64,000 bases of DNA from Acidobacteriota bacterium (GCA_040005235.1 JBDTZG010000002.1:1-64000); one strand, 5' to 3'. Positions 49,894 through 59,555 are shown, counted from the first letter of the stretch. The notes: a model not told the origin generated them from the letters alone. Numbers and translations: made by a program.

Positions 49894-49940
49894 GCTTTTA
49901 AGTCAGCGCAGATCCCCGAATCAGAGTACTCTGGGAAGGC

Positions 49941-50345
49941 ATGGCCTCCCTTCTTCATCCCCAAATCTCGCCGCAGGACAGAAAGCGCCTCCTAGCGGAG
50001 GGTCTGGAGAGCTTCCGTCATGGCGATTTTTACGCCGCCCACGACGCCTGGGAAGAGGTCTGGCGTTCGACCACGCCGGAGCCGAAGGATCTTCTGCGCG
50101 GCTTGATCCAGATCGCCGCGGGTCTTCACCTCGAACGCGATCTCGATCGCCCGGCCGCCGCGCTGCGCGTGCTCGGCCGGGGACGCGGCCAGCTCGAAAC
50201 CCACGGGCCGACCGGGCTCGGGCTCGATCTCTCCGCGCTGGCGACCAAAGTCGCCGCGATCGAGCGCTGGCTCGCCGCGGGGCGCCCCGATCCGCGCCCG
50301 GCCCCGCCGCGTCTGCGGCTGGTCGATCCGGCAGCGCTGGCCTGA
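49941..50345 (+). CDS. DUF309 protein
   Basis: FYAAHDAWEEVW, GLIQIAAG. Confidence 0.82.
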   Translation: MASLLHPQISPQDRKRLLAEGLESFRHGDFYAAHDAWEEVWRSTTPEPKDLLRGLIQIAAGLHLERDLDRPAAALRVLGRGRGQLETHGPTGLGLDLSALATKVAAIERWLAAGRPDPRPAPPRLRLVDPAALA

Positions 50346-50361
50346 GCTCTGATCTCGGGTC

Positions 50362-51288
50362 CTAAGGAATCCCGTAGCGCCGCCGCCGCTCCCAGAGCGA
50401 CTTGCGCGATATGCCGAGCAGCTCGGCGGCGTAACCTTGATGTCCGCGGGCGTAGGCGAGGGCGCGGCGGATCTCTTCGATCTCGACCTCGTCCAGCCGG
50501 CGCGGGCGGTCGCCGCGAGCTCCCGGCGGAGGCTGGGGATCGAGCGGCCCGGTGCCCGGGCTCGACGCCACCAGGCTCCGTTCGAGAACGTTGCGTAGCT
50601 CGCGCAGATTGCCGGGCCAGGGGTGGGCGAGCATCCAGGCGCGCGCCCGGTCGGTGAGGCCCGGGTTGGGACGGCCGATCCGCTCGGCAAGGTCGGCGAG
50701 CAGCTCGTCGATCAGCTCGGGCAGATCGGCGCGTCGCGCGGAGAGCGGAGGAAGCCGGAAGCTCAAGACGTCGAGGCGGAAGAAGAGATCGACCCGGAAC
50801 GTGCCGCGCTCGGCGCGTTCCGCAAGATCGGGCGGGCCGGTGGCGAGGAAGCGTACGTCGGCCGCCGTATCGGTGCCCCCTAAGGGGGCGTAGCGGCTTT
50901 CCGCGAACAGGCGCAGGAGCTTGCCTTGGACGGCGATCGGCAGCCCTTCGACCCGATCGAGCAGCAGGCTGCCGCCTTGGGCCAGCTGGACCCGGCCGGC
51001 GACCGTTCGGTCGGCCCCGGTGAACGCGCCGCGGCGAACTCCAAACAGCTCGCTCTCGAAAAGTGTTGAGGGAATGCCGCCGGCATCGACTTCGATCAGC
51101 GGGCCGCGCGAGCGCCCGCTCGCCGCGTGGAGCGCCCGGGCGAGGTGGGTTCGGCCGGTGCCCGCCTCGCCCAGGACGAGGATCGGCGCCTCCGAGCGGG
51201 CGGCTCGATCGGCACCGGCGAGATGAAGGGACAGGTCGGGGTAGAGGAGAAGACGAGCGAGGGCGAGCGGCGAGCCCGCGGCGTTCAC
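50362..51288 (-). CDS. Sigma-54 interaction domain + Fis HTH regulator, with no sensory domain and degenerate Walker motifs
   Basis: ESELFG...GAFTGA, WPGNLREL, AAELLGISRKSL; Walker A GEAGTGRT, Walker B LLLDRV. Confidence 0.82.
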   Translation of the reverse strand: MNAAGSPLALARLLLYPDLSLHLAGADRAARSEAPILVLGEAGTGRTHLARALHAASGRSRGPLIEVDAGGIPSTLFESELFGVRRGAFTGADRTVAGRVQLAQGGSLLLDRVEGLPIAVQGKLLRLFAESRYAPLGGTDTAADVRFLATGPPDLAERAERGTFRVDLFFRLDVLSFRLPPLSARRADLPELIDELLADLAERIGRPNPGLTDRARAWMLAHPWPGNLRELRNVLERSLVASSPGTGPLDPQPPPGARGDRPRRLDEVEIEEIRRALAYARGHQGYAAELLGISRKSLWERRRRYGIP

Positions 51289-51731
51289 GGCGTTTTGATC
51301 TCGGTCTCGGCGCCTGCGATTTCGGTTCCGTCAGCCTCTGCAGGCGGAGTGCGGAACGAGGCGGTGACGTCGGGGGCGTCGGACCAAAGGCGCTCCAAGG
51401 CGTAGTAGTGGCGCGGCTCGTCGAGGAAGGCGTGGACGATCAGGTCGCCGTAATCGAGCAGCACCCACTGGCCGCGCTGAAGACCTTCGATGTGGAGCGG
51501 CCGGACTCCGGCGCTCCGGAGGTCCATTTCGACCGCGTCGGCGATCGCCTGCACCTGGCGCTCGTTGGTGCCGCCGCAGACCACGAAGTACTCGGTGAAG
51601 TCGGAGACCTTGCCCAGATGGAGCACGCGCAGATCGACGGCCTGGCGCCCATCGGCGGCGGCAACGGCGGTACGCACTCGATCCAGGGTGGAGAGAACGG
51701 GGTGGGGAGCAGTCTTTGTTTCAGTCGTCAT
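51285..51731 (-). CDS. rsfS: Ribosome silencing factor
   Basis: NERQVQAIAD, WVLLDYGDLIVH, YYALERLW; follows nadD. Confidence 0.93.
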   Translation of the reverse strand: MTTETKTAPHPVLSTLDRVRTAVAAADGRQAVDLRVLHLGKVSDFTEYFVVCGGTNERQVQAIADAVEMDLRSAGVRPLHIEGLQRGQWVLLDYGDLIVHAFLDEPRHYYALERLWSDAPDVTASFRTPPAEADGTEIAGAETEIKTP

Positions 51732-52330
51732 CGATAGAGGCGATACTTGTGGATGTAGTCTAACACCAAGGGGGGAAGAGCGGAGGTTAGCGGTTCCTCC
51801 CCCCGGCCGAGCCGCTCGCGCAACTCGGTCGAGGAGAGATCGATCGTACGGTCCGCCAGGACCATCGCCTGCCCCGAACGGAGCAGGTCGGCGAGCGCCG
51901 GGGAGAGCGCCTCGGGCGCCAGATCGGAGCCGGGCCGCGCCAGGACGATCAGGCGGGCCGCGTCGGCGATCTCCTTCCAGCGCCACCAGGCTTCCAGCTC
52001 CAGGAACGAATCGCCCCCGATCAGCAGATGAAGCTCGGCGTCGGGGTAGGCCCGACGGAAATGCTCCAGCGAGTCGATGGTGTAGGCCGGCCGGCCGAAG
52101 GTCAGCTCGAAAGGCGAGGCATAGAGCCCCTCTTCGGACAGCAGAGCCAGCTCGACCATCGCGTAACGGGCGAGCGCGGGGGCGAGTTGGCGGCCCGGCT
52201 TGTGCGGCGGTTGGGCGGTCGGAAGATAGATCACCCGTTCGAGGCCGAGCGCCTGCCGCGCCGCGCGGACGGTTTCGACGTGGCCGGCGTGGATCGGATC
52301 GAAGCTGCCGCCGAACAGGCCGATCTTCAT
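51728..52330 (-). CDS. nadD: Nicotinate-nucleotide adenylyltransferase
   Basis: GGSFDPIHAGH, PPHK, YTID, IGGDS, SSTELR. Confidence 0.95.
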   Translation of the reverse strand: MKIGLFGGSFDPIHAGHVETVRAARQALGLERVIYLPTAQPPHKPGRQLAPALARYAMVELALLSEEGLYASPFELTFGRPAYTIDSLEHFRRAYPDAELHLLIGGDSFLELEAWWRWKEIADAARLIVLARPGSDLAPEALSPALADLLRSGQAMVLADRTIDLSSTELRERLGRGEEPLTSALPPLVLDYIHKYRLYR

Positions 52331-52333
52331 GGC

Positions 52334-53413
52334 TCAGTCTTCATGGATCAACTTCGGCTCCGAGCCCTCGTATTCCGGATGGCCCCCGGCGGGTCTCGCG
52401 GCGACCGGTTCGCGGACCTTGGTTTCGGAGAGGTGCTTGGCGAGCCTCTGGATCAACGGCCGGATGCCCGCCCCGGTGGCCGAGCTGATTTCGAAGTAAG
52501 GAATGCCCCGTTCGGCGGCCGCGGCTTCGAGCTCGGCGCGCCGCTCTGGAAGTCCTGAGTCCGCCTTGCTGCCGATCAGGAAGCGCGGGCGTGCCAGAAG
52601 CTCGGGGTTGAACGCCTCCAGCTCGCGCTCGACGACGTCGAGATCCGAGAGGGCGCTCCCTTCGGTCGACAGGTCGACCAGGTGGACGAGCGCACGGCAT
52701 CGATCGACGTGGCGGAGGAACTGGAGACCCAGACCCGCCCCTTCCGAAGCGCCCGCGATCAGTCCGGGCAGGTCGGCGATCACGAACGGTTCGGTTTCGA
52801 GGCCGAGGGCGACGACGCCGAGCTGAGGGGCCAGGGTGGTAAACGGATAGTCGGCGATCTTCGGGCGCGCCGCGGAGATCACGCTGATCAGGGTCGATTT
52901 CCCGGCGTTCGGCAGCCCGACCACCCCCGCGTCCGCGAGCAGCTTGAGCTCCAGGCGCAGGCGGAGATCTGCCCCTTCGGTGCCCGGGTCCGCCCGGCGC
53001 GGGGCCTGGTCGGTCGCGGTCGCGAAGCGCGCGTTGCCTTTGCCGCCCCGTCCGCCCGCCGCCACCCGCAGACGCTCGCCGTGGCGCAGCACCTCGCCCA
53101 CCAGCTCGCCGGTTTCACGGTCGTAGACTTGGGTGCCGAGGGGAACCTCGATCTCCAAATCGCCGCCGGTCTTGCCGGTTTTGTTCTGCCCTTCGCCGTG
53201 GCGACCGCGCTGGGCCGCGAACTGCGCGACGAAGCTCAGATGGAAAAGGGTGTTCTTCGCCTCGTCGCCGACCAGGAAGACCGAGCCGCCATGACCGCCG
53301 TCGCCGCCGGACGGGCCGCCCTTCGGGACGAATTTCTCCCGCCGGAAGGCCAGACAGCCATTCCCGCCGCGTCCGCCAAGGACGTGGATCGAGCACTCGT
53401 CGACGAAGATCAA
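52334..53413 (-). CDS. obgE: GTPase ObgE
   Basis: FRREKFVPKGGPSGGDGG, GLPNAGKST, YPFTT, DLPG. Confidence 0.97.
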   Translation of the reverse strand: MIFVDECSIHVLGGRGGNGCLAFRREKFVPKGGPSGGDGGHGGSVFLVGDEAKNTLFHLSFVAQFAAQRGRHGEGQNKTGKTGGDLEIEVPLGTQVYDRETGELVGEVLRHGERLRVAAGGRGGKGNARFATATDQAPRRADPGTEGADLRLRLELKLLADAGVVGLPNAGKSTLISVISAARPKIADYPFTTLAPQLGVVALGLETEPFVIADLPGLIAGASEGAGLGLQFLRHVDRCRALVHLVDLSTEGSALSDLDVVERELEAFNPELLARPRFLIGSKADSGLPERRAELEAAAAERGIPYFEISSATGAGIRPLIQRLAKHLSETKVREPVAARPAGGHPEYEGSEPKLIHED

Positions 53414-53510
53414 GGTGGGTTTCTAGGGTCGAGCGGAAGGTTACCGTTGGCGACCAGGGCGCGGCGGGCTTGGGGCCGATGCCCCGAGCCGCGCCGAATC
53501 ATGGTTCTAA

Positions 53511-53810
53511 CTACTCGCCGGGGGCGCCGGGGGCGTTTTCGGCAACTGCGGCGGGAAGGGCGGGAACAACGTGGACGAACCGGCCGTGCCGACCCCGGTC
53601 CTGAAACTTGACCACGCCGCCGATCTTGGCGAACAGCGTATCGTCCTTGCCGCGGCCGACGTTGGTGCCGGGAAAGAACTTGGTTCCCCGCTGGCGGACG
53701 ATGATCGAGCCGCCGGTCACCTGCTCGCCGCCGAAGCGCTTGATTCCCAGGTACTGGGGGTTCGAGTCGCGGCCGTTGCGAGTCGAGCCCTGTCCTTTTT
53801 TATGCGCCAT
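53511..53810 (-). CDS. rpmA: 50S ribosomal protein L27
   Basis: [22 protein letters not shown]. Confidence 0.98.
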   Translation of the reverse strand: MAHKKGQGSTRNGRDSNPQYLGIKRFGGEQVTGGSIIVRQRGTKFFPGTNVGRGKDDTLFAKIGGVVKFQDRGRHGRFVHVVPALPAAVAENAPGAPGE

Positions 53811-53839
53811 GACACCTTCTCCTGTGCTGCGACTTAGGT

Positions 53840-54160
53840 CTAGCTGTTGTCCGGCAGGTCGATGCCGTCGATGCGAATGCGCAACAGGTTCTGGCGGTGA
53901 CCGTTGGTCCGCCGATACCCCTTGCGCCGCTTCGACTTGAAAACCCGGATCTTCGGTCCCCGGATCTGGCCGAGGAGAGAGGCACGAACCTTGGCTCCGA
54001 CGACGGTCGGCTGTCCCATCTGGACGCCGGCATCACCCGAGATCATCAAAACCCGATCGAGCTCAAGGGTATCGCCCTCGGCTCCGGTCAATTCGACTTC
54101 AACGACGTCGCCCGGGGCGACTCGGTACTGCTTACCACCGCTTTCGATCACCGCATACAT
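53840..54160 (-). CDS. rplU: 50S ribosomal protein L21
   Basis: [18 protein letters not shown]. Confidence 0.97.
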   Translation of the reverse strand: MYAVIESGGKQYRVAPGDVVEVELTGAEGDTLELDRVLMISGDAGVQMGQPTVVGAKVRASLLGQIRGPKIRVFKSKRRKGYRRTNGHRQNLLRIRIDGIDLPDNS

Positions 54161-54195
54161 AGTAGGAAACTCCCTTTGCGTCTCGGGGGACGCGC

Positions 54196-54726
54196 GTGGA
54201 CGGCGGAACGTATCACGGGGTGTCGAGAACGGTCAACGGCAAGTTGACCGGCTGGGGCAGGGTCAGCCTGGACCGGCTCACCGATCCTGCCGTATCCCGC
54301 TTCTGGTACGACACCCCTGGGGGCGCGCTCGGCACCGCCGACTTCCGGACCTTCACGCTTACCGTCGGCGACCCGACGAAAGACGTCTTGATCGCTCTTG
54401 CCTGGACCGATCCCCCCTCGATCTGCGGCAACTCCCAAACCCCGCTGGTGAACGACCTGCAGCTGGAGGTGAAGGAGGTGGGGACCGCCCTCACCTGGCG
54501 AGGCAACAACTTCCAGAAGAATCGCGGCGGCGGCGATACCGGCTACTCGTATCGCTACACCGCCGCCAACCAGGCGCGCCTGACCGATAAGATCAACACC
54601 GTCGAAGCCGTGTTCATCCCCCCGAGCCAGCTGCGCGCGGGCCAGCGGCTTCAGATCACGGTGACCGGTGTAGCGGTGCCCAACCCGCGGCAGCGTTTCT
54701 CGCTGTATGCCTACAACTTGCGCTGA
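54196..54726 (+). pseudogene. C-terminal fragment of an S8 subtilisin-like peptidase
   Basis: TGWGRV (end of catalytic domain), LAWTDPP, LVNDLQLEV, NTVEAV, QRFSLY; no catalytic D/H/S motifs. Confidence 0.6.
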
Positions 54727-54752
54727 ACAGCGCGATCGAAAGGCGGTTGGCG

Positions 54753-55277
54753 ATGAAAACTCTCTGGATCTCAATTCTCTTCGTCCTGGGACTGGCCGAG
54801 TGTAGCCTGGCGCAGGACCGGTACCGGGTGCTGGTTCGAATGAACCTGCGGGTCACGGTGCATTTTGTCGGAGTCCCTGATGCTCCGAGCTACTGGGAGG
54901 GACACCGCCTCTATGCGCGAGGCGGCTACCTAACGGAAACTCTTGTCCAGCGGAACGCACAAGGGCTTAACAACTCTTTCCTTCGCGGCGCCCCTGGCCC
55001 CGTCTTCCTCACCGAGCTACGGCGTGTGCTCAACGTGAACCGAATCGGAGTTCAGAAGAGTTGTTGGACTGATCGCGACCCGCGCTTTGCCGGCGAAGAA
55101 GAGGTCGTCTGGAATGGCCGCGGTGGCCGCGAGAACCGATTCGTCGTCACGTTCGCCCGGGAGCCTGTTGCCGGACTGCCAAAGTGCTCTGCCGAGACCG
55201 AGAACATTCTCAATGCCCTAGACTTCTACGAAGAACTGACCCAAGAAAGGGGCGAGTCGATCGTTTACTCGGATTGA
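54753..55277 (+). CDS. Secreted hypothetical protein
   Basis: Signal peptide MKTLWISILFVLGLAECSLA; two Cys in the mature part. Confidence 0.6.
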   Translation: MKTLWISILFVLGLAECSLAQDRYRVLVRMNLRVTVHFVGVPDAPSYWEGHRLYARGGYLTETLVQRNAQGLNNSFLRGAPGPVFLTELRRVLNVNRIGVQKSCWTDRDPRFAGEEEVVWNGRGGRENRFVVTFAREPVAGLPKCSAETENILNALDFYEELTQERGESIVYSD

Positions 55278-55376
55278 GCCGGCACCCGCCAACGGCTGGC
55301 GCTCCGCACCGCGTGCCTTGAAGCCGGTGTCGACCGCCCGGCCCGGCGTGACCAGCGACCCGAACGAGAAAACAAC

Positions 55377-55407
55377 GGCCGGGAGAGGATTGCCCCCTCT
55401 CCCGGCC
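55377..55407 (-). terminator. Hairpin terminator
   Basis: GGCCGGGAGAGG...CCTCTCCCGGCC with a T-rich tail on the minus strand. Confidence 0.6.
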
Positions 55408-55419
55408 TCGAACGCCGGA

Positions 55420-55812
55420 TCAGGCTTCGGCGCTCACGGACTGCCCTTCACTCGCCTTGGCTTCCGCCGGTGCTTTGGCCTTGGCCGACGGCGCCCTCTT
55501 GCGGAAGTCCTGGGGCCGGATGCCGAGCTTCAGCAGCTCCGGGTTCTTGAGTCCCAGATGGGCCTGAAGGTGGGCTTTCAAGCGGAGTGCGTCCTCGCCA
55601 ACCTTGCGGGCCAGTTCCTGCCGGCGTTTGGCCAAAGCGTGCGCCTCGCCTTCGAGATCCTGGATCCGATTCGCCATGCCGCTGAGCTCGGCGGCTGCAA
55701 CCTTGAGCCCAGCATGGAGCTCCTGGGCCGCCGGCACCGAGCCGAGCAACGGCTCCGAGTTGGCGACCAGGGTGGACCACCGCTGCGTCTTTTCCGCGTA
55801 CGAATTGGGCAT
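55420..55812 (-). CDS. Small helical/coiled-coil hypothetical protein with basic tail
   Basis: Strong SD AAAGGAGG; high-GC codon usage; LLKLGIRP then a K/R/A-rich tail. Confidence 0.75.
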   Translation of the reverse strand: MPNSYAEKTQRWSTLVANSEPLLGSVPAAQELHAGLKVAAAELSGMANRIQDLEGEAHALAKRRQELARKVGEDALRLKAHLQAHLGLKNPELLKLGIRPQDFRKRAPSAKAKAPAEAKASEGQSVSAEA

Positions 55813-55885
55813 GATGCCCTCCTTTGTTGAACGTGCAGCCCGAAATGGACTCGCACAACTGAAACCGTTCTTCACCGAAATGACT

Positions 55886-56095
55886 CTTCCCTCCGGCGGG
55901 ATCGCCCTTCCCTCCAGCGGGATCGCTCTTCCCTCCAGCGGGATCGCTCTTCCCTCCAGCGGGATCGCACTTCCCTCCAGCGGGATCGCTCTTCCCTCCA
56001 GCGGGATCGCTCTACCCTCCAGCGGGATCGCTCTACCCTCCGGCGGGATCGCCCTTCCCTCCGGCGGGATTGGTCTTCCCTCCCGCGGAATCGCT
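55886..56095. repeat. 10 x 21-bp tandem repeat (CTTCCCTCCAGCGGGATCGCT)
   Basis: Ten contiguous near-identical units with no spacers. Confidence 0.95.
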
Positions 56096-56521
56096 CTTTC
56101 ATCCCCCTTCCTTCTTGCTTCCGGGTCGGGTTCCTTCCGACGCCGGAGACCCTAGCAAACGGCCCGCGCGCTTCCGGGCCTGGGCCACTTTGGTAAGATC
56201 TAGAGTTACACCTAGAGGGTATCCCTCACTCTGTGGGGGTGTTCCGCTGGTGCGGCCTCCTACCCGAGGTGGAATTCCCCCACGCCGCAACGATCCAGAG
56301 CGGTTTCCGAGAAATCGAGCAAAAAGGGGTTTCGGGCGAAGATTTCTACCTGAGGGCCGTCGAAGTCCGAGAATGCGCCCTCGCGAGTGGGGATGCGAGG
56401 GTCCCGGATTGAGGCAGCGAAAGCCGGAAATTTCCGGTCAAACCATCATGAATGATGTCGGCCCGGGGCTTCTAACCAGCGACGAGGAGTTCTTTCGGCA
56501 ACAAGCGAGATTGCGTTCCCC

Positions 56522-56995
56522 TTAGCTTCGGTCTCTCGTCCTTGGCTTCTTGACAGGAGCTTTCCCACGCCTTCTCTTCGGCAGGAGGAGCTGCGGCGGC
56601 GGGCCGAGGAGGTCTTCGATTTTCGAGAGATCGCGATCGAGATCCCTGATCAACTCGGTGGCAACCTGAATCAACCGCTTCCGATCCAAAATGGAGTCAT
56701 TCTCTTCGAGGTTCGACACGGCCTCGTTGAGCCCTTCCCGCGAGTGGCGAAGATCCGCAACTAACGCTCGGAGATGCACTTTCGGCCAGGGCTCCCCGTC
56801 GTCGCCGCCTTCTTTCTCCAGTTCCAGCAATCGATCGGCAACGGCCTCGGTCAGTACGGCCAGCTTCGCGCGAAGCTCCGGATCGGCGAAGTGGCACAAC
56901 ACCGCTTCGCGAAACGGCGCCAGCTCGCGCCAGCGGCTTCCTTTCACCACCTCCAGATCGAGGACCACCTGGAACTTGACGACTTCGGGCTTCAT
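56522..56995 (-). CDS. Hypothetical helical protein with basic C-terminus
   Basis: ATGA overlap with the upstream gene; third gene of a coupled operon. Confidence 0.65.
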   Translation of the reverse strand: MKPEVVKFQVVLDLEVVKGSRWRELAPFREAVLCHFADPELRAKLAVLTEAVADRLLELEKEGGDDGEPWPKVHLRALVADLRHSREGLNEAVSNLEENDSILDRKRLIQVATELIRDLDRDLSKIEDLLGPPPQLLLPKRRRGKAPVKKPRTRDRS

Positions 56996-57372
56996 GAGGA
57001 TCGACGACTCCTTTGCGCCATTCGATGGCGGCGCTGCTCATGTACGAGGCAGAAAAATGCGCCAGGGTTCGCGGCGCCTTGTCTCATCAACGCGGCGAAA
57101 ATCCGAAGCTTCGCTTGCGAGCCTGGCGGTGGCCCGTTCTTCAACAGTTCGAGCAGCCGGTCGGCCAGATCGGGAAGCAATCTGCCTCGTCCTTGCAGGA
57201 GAAGGATGGCCCCCAGCTCGAAGTAGGCGTCGGTGGCGAGAAAGGCCTCGCCGGTCGCGCCCCAATTTGCCGCGGACCGACCGAAGAGCCTCGCGGCGTC
57301 TTCCAGCCGGCCTTGATCGCGCGCCGCCTCGGCGCGGGCGAAGGTTTCCTCGGCATCCTGGGGGGACTTCAT
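56992..57372 (-). CDS. Stand-alone TPR-like protein
   Basis: MKSPQD start overlaps the upstream stop (ATGA); AEAARDQGRLEDAARLF...LGAILLLQGR. Confidence 0.65.
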   Translation of the reverse strand: MKSPQDAEETFARAEAARDQGRLEDAARLFGRSAANWGATGEAFLATDAYFELGAILLLQGRGRLLPDLADRLLELLKNGPPPGSQAKLRIFAALMRQGAANPGAFFCLVHEQRRHRMAQRSRRSS

Positions 57373-57818
57373 GCCGAGCGCTCCAAGCCCTTCCGATGGG
57401 CGCGCACGTCCGCGAGCAGCTCCCACAGGAAGTGCGAATCCGGCGGGGTGATGTCGATCAAGACCAGAATGTCGAGAAAGAGGTCGGCCACGTCGGGCGC
57501 GACGGTAAGAGCGCTCGGCCGATCGACGATCCAGTCCGGCAGGTCGAAACCTTCCAGGCGATAGACCGCGGCGAGCGCGAGGGTGGCCAAACCTTCGAGC
57601 CAGGGCAGTCCGGAATTGCCGAAACCGTGAGCCGCGATGAGGAATGCTTCCTCCGCCCGGGCCAGGTCCCCCGTCACAGCGGCGCGCTCGGCAAGTTCCA
57701 TGGAGCGCCACGCAAGGCGGAAAAAGGGCGAACGCGCCGGAAGCGAGGTCGGCGCATCCGCGAGCCCCTCGGGCACGAGAGGAGGTGCGAGACGCCCGAG
57801 GGTGGATGGAGGGTCCAT
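57369..57818 (-). CDS. Stand-alone TPR-like protein
   Basis: RLAW...TGDLARAEEAFL...GLATLALAAVY; start uncertain (57818 or 57836). Confidence 0.55.
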   Translation of the reverse strand: MDPPSTLGRLAPPLVPEGLADAPTSLPARSPFFRLAWRSMELAERAAVTGDLARAEEAFLIAAHGFGNSGLPWLEGLATLALAAVYRLEGFDLPDWIVDRPSALTVAPDVADLFLDILVLIDITPPDSHFLWELLADVRAHRKGLERSA

Positions 57819-57981
57819 GTCCGACAGCCTAAGCACGGATGCGGAAGTTTCAGCCGGGGAGCTCGGTAAGGTCCTGAAATTGGCCGTGAGGATGGATATT
57901 TCCGCTTCGCGAAATCTCGCCTGCTTCTCTCTGTCGCGAATGGTGTAACCTCACTATCAAAACGCTTTCGGAGACCACCAG

Positions 57982-59451
57982 ATGCCGAAATCGAAGGACC
58001 AACTCTTCCCGCCGCTCGGCGTTGCGCTCCACTACCTGCGCACGATCGCCAAGATCTCGCGAGAAGACTTCGGGCGCCCCTTGGGCCTGCCTTCGAAGAC
58101 CATTTCGGATTACGAATCGGGACACCGAACGCTCGGACGGAAGCTGGCGGAGCAGCTGCTCTCAGCGCACGGCATCGAGCCGCAGGCGCTCGACGAGGTG
58201 CTCGCCGACATCAGCGCCCGCCGAAGCGTGATTTTTCCCGAAGGGACGTTCCCCCTGCCGCCCGAGGAGCTGCATCGGCTCGCCCGCGAGGGGCGGGAAA
58301 TCTCGCGTGCCATCGTTTCGGAGGTGGCGCGGTTGCGCCGAAGGGATCGCGCCCGGGCGGACCACGCCCTGGCGGGCGAGCTGTTCGAGCAGCTCGCGGG
58401 CTCAACACCCCACCAGCGATGGCTGTTCGTGACCCGCGCCGAGAAGTTCCGGCTCTGGGCACTGTCGGTTCGATTCGGAGAAGAGAGTACGAAGGCCGCG
58501 TCGGCCGACACCGACCGTGCGGCCGAGTACGCGACGCTCTCCCTGCGCATCGCCCGGCTCGCGCCGGCTGCGCCCAAGTTTCGTGCGCTGCTCGAAGGGC
58601 AGGCCTGGGCGTTCCTGGCGAACGGCCGGCGGGTCAAGGGATATCTGCCCAAGGCCGACCTGGGCTTCGCCCGATCGGCCCGGCTCTGGCAGGAAGGGGA
58701 GGGTGGCGATCCCGACCGGCTGCTCGATCCGACGCGACGGCTCGACCTCGAAGCTTCGCTGCGCCTGGACCAGGGCCGGCTGGACGAGGCCCTAGAGTTG
58801 CTCGACCGCGCGCTCGCCGAGGGACCGCAAGGAGTTGTGGCAGGGCGTCGACTGGTCCAGAAGGCGTTTGTGTTGGAACGGTACGGTCAACCGGAGGCGG
58901 CGCTCAGCGCATTGGACGACGCTGAAATGAGGGGCGCCGGACTCGACCCTCAGTTGGGTGCCTGGATCGTCGGCAACCGGGCCGTCAACTTTTGCCATCT
59001 CGGTCGCTTCGAAGAGGCCGCGGTCATCGTTCCCGTAGTCCGTACCCTGGCGATCGAGCTGCGTAACACGATCGACCTCGTGCGGGTGGATTGGCTGGAG
59101 GCCCGCGTCCTCGCCGGCCTCGGCCGGATCGAAGAGGCGATCCTGAAGCTCCGCTCGGTGAAGCAGGAGTTCAGCGCGCAGGGCGATTCCGTCGATACGG
59201 CGCTGGCGTCGATCGACCTCGCGGCTCTTCATCTCGATCGAGGGCAGCCGCGTTTCGCGCGGGAGTTGGCCGCCGACGTGGCGAAGCTGCTCGATGTGCA
59301 GGGGGTCCCCCGCGACCTGCTCGCCGCGCTGATCCTGTTCGTCCAGGCGCTCGAACAGGAACGGGCAACCGCGGCGGCGGCGCGCGATCTCATTCGAGCC
59401 CTCGAACGACGCCGACCGATCGAATCGACATCTTTGGCGGAAGAGAAGTGA
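57982..59451 (+). CDS. XRE-family HTH regulator fused to TPR-like repeats
   Basis: ALHYLR...SREDFG...TISDYESGHR; repeats DQGRLDEALELL, YGQPEAALSAL, LGRFEEAA, LGRIEEAI. Confidence 0.85.
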   Translation: MPKSKDQLFPPLGVALHYLRTIAKISREDFGRPLGLPSKTISDYESGHRTLGRKLAEQLLSAHGIEPQALDEVLADISARRSVIFPEGTFPLPPEELHRLAREGREISRAIVSEVARLRRRDRARADHALAGELFEQLAGSTPHQRWLFVTRAEKFRLWALSVRFGEESTKAASADTDRAAEYATLSLRIARLAPAAPKFRALLEGQAWAFLANGRRVKGYLPKADLGFARSARLWQEGEGGDPDRLLDPTRRLDLEASLRLDQGRLDEALELLDRALAEGPQGVVAGRRLVQKAFVLERYGQPEAALSALDDAEMRGAGLDPQLGAWIVGNRAVNFCHLGRFEEAAVIVPVVRTLAIELRNTIDLVRVDWLEARVLAGLGRIEEAILKLRSVKQEFSAQGDSVDTALASIDLAALHLDRGQPRFARELAADVAKLLDVQGVPRDLLAALILFVQALEQERATAAAARDLIRALERRRPIESTSLAEEK

Positions 59452-59482
59452 TCTCTCCATTCGGCCGGCACTCCCAAGAGCA

Positions 59483-59503
59483 CGTAGGGGCTCCGCCCCT
59501 ACG
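59483..59503. terminator. Hairpin between the convergent regulator and peptide genes (GTAG REP-like)
   Basis: CGTAGGGGC-TCC-GCCCCTACG. Confidence 0.55.
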
Positions 59504-59555
59504 GACAGCGAGCACTTCGGATCTCGGAGTTCCGGCAGGGCAAGTTTGGCCGCGG

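Noticed and set aside
56204-57950. Shared GGTGTAAC motif at about 56204 (minus) and 57942 (plus) as an XRE operator
   Set aside because: Only 8 bp in two copies and not palindromic; it could be chance or part of a -10 element.
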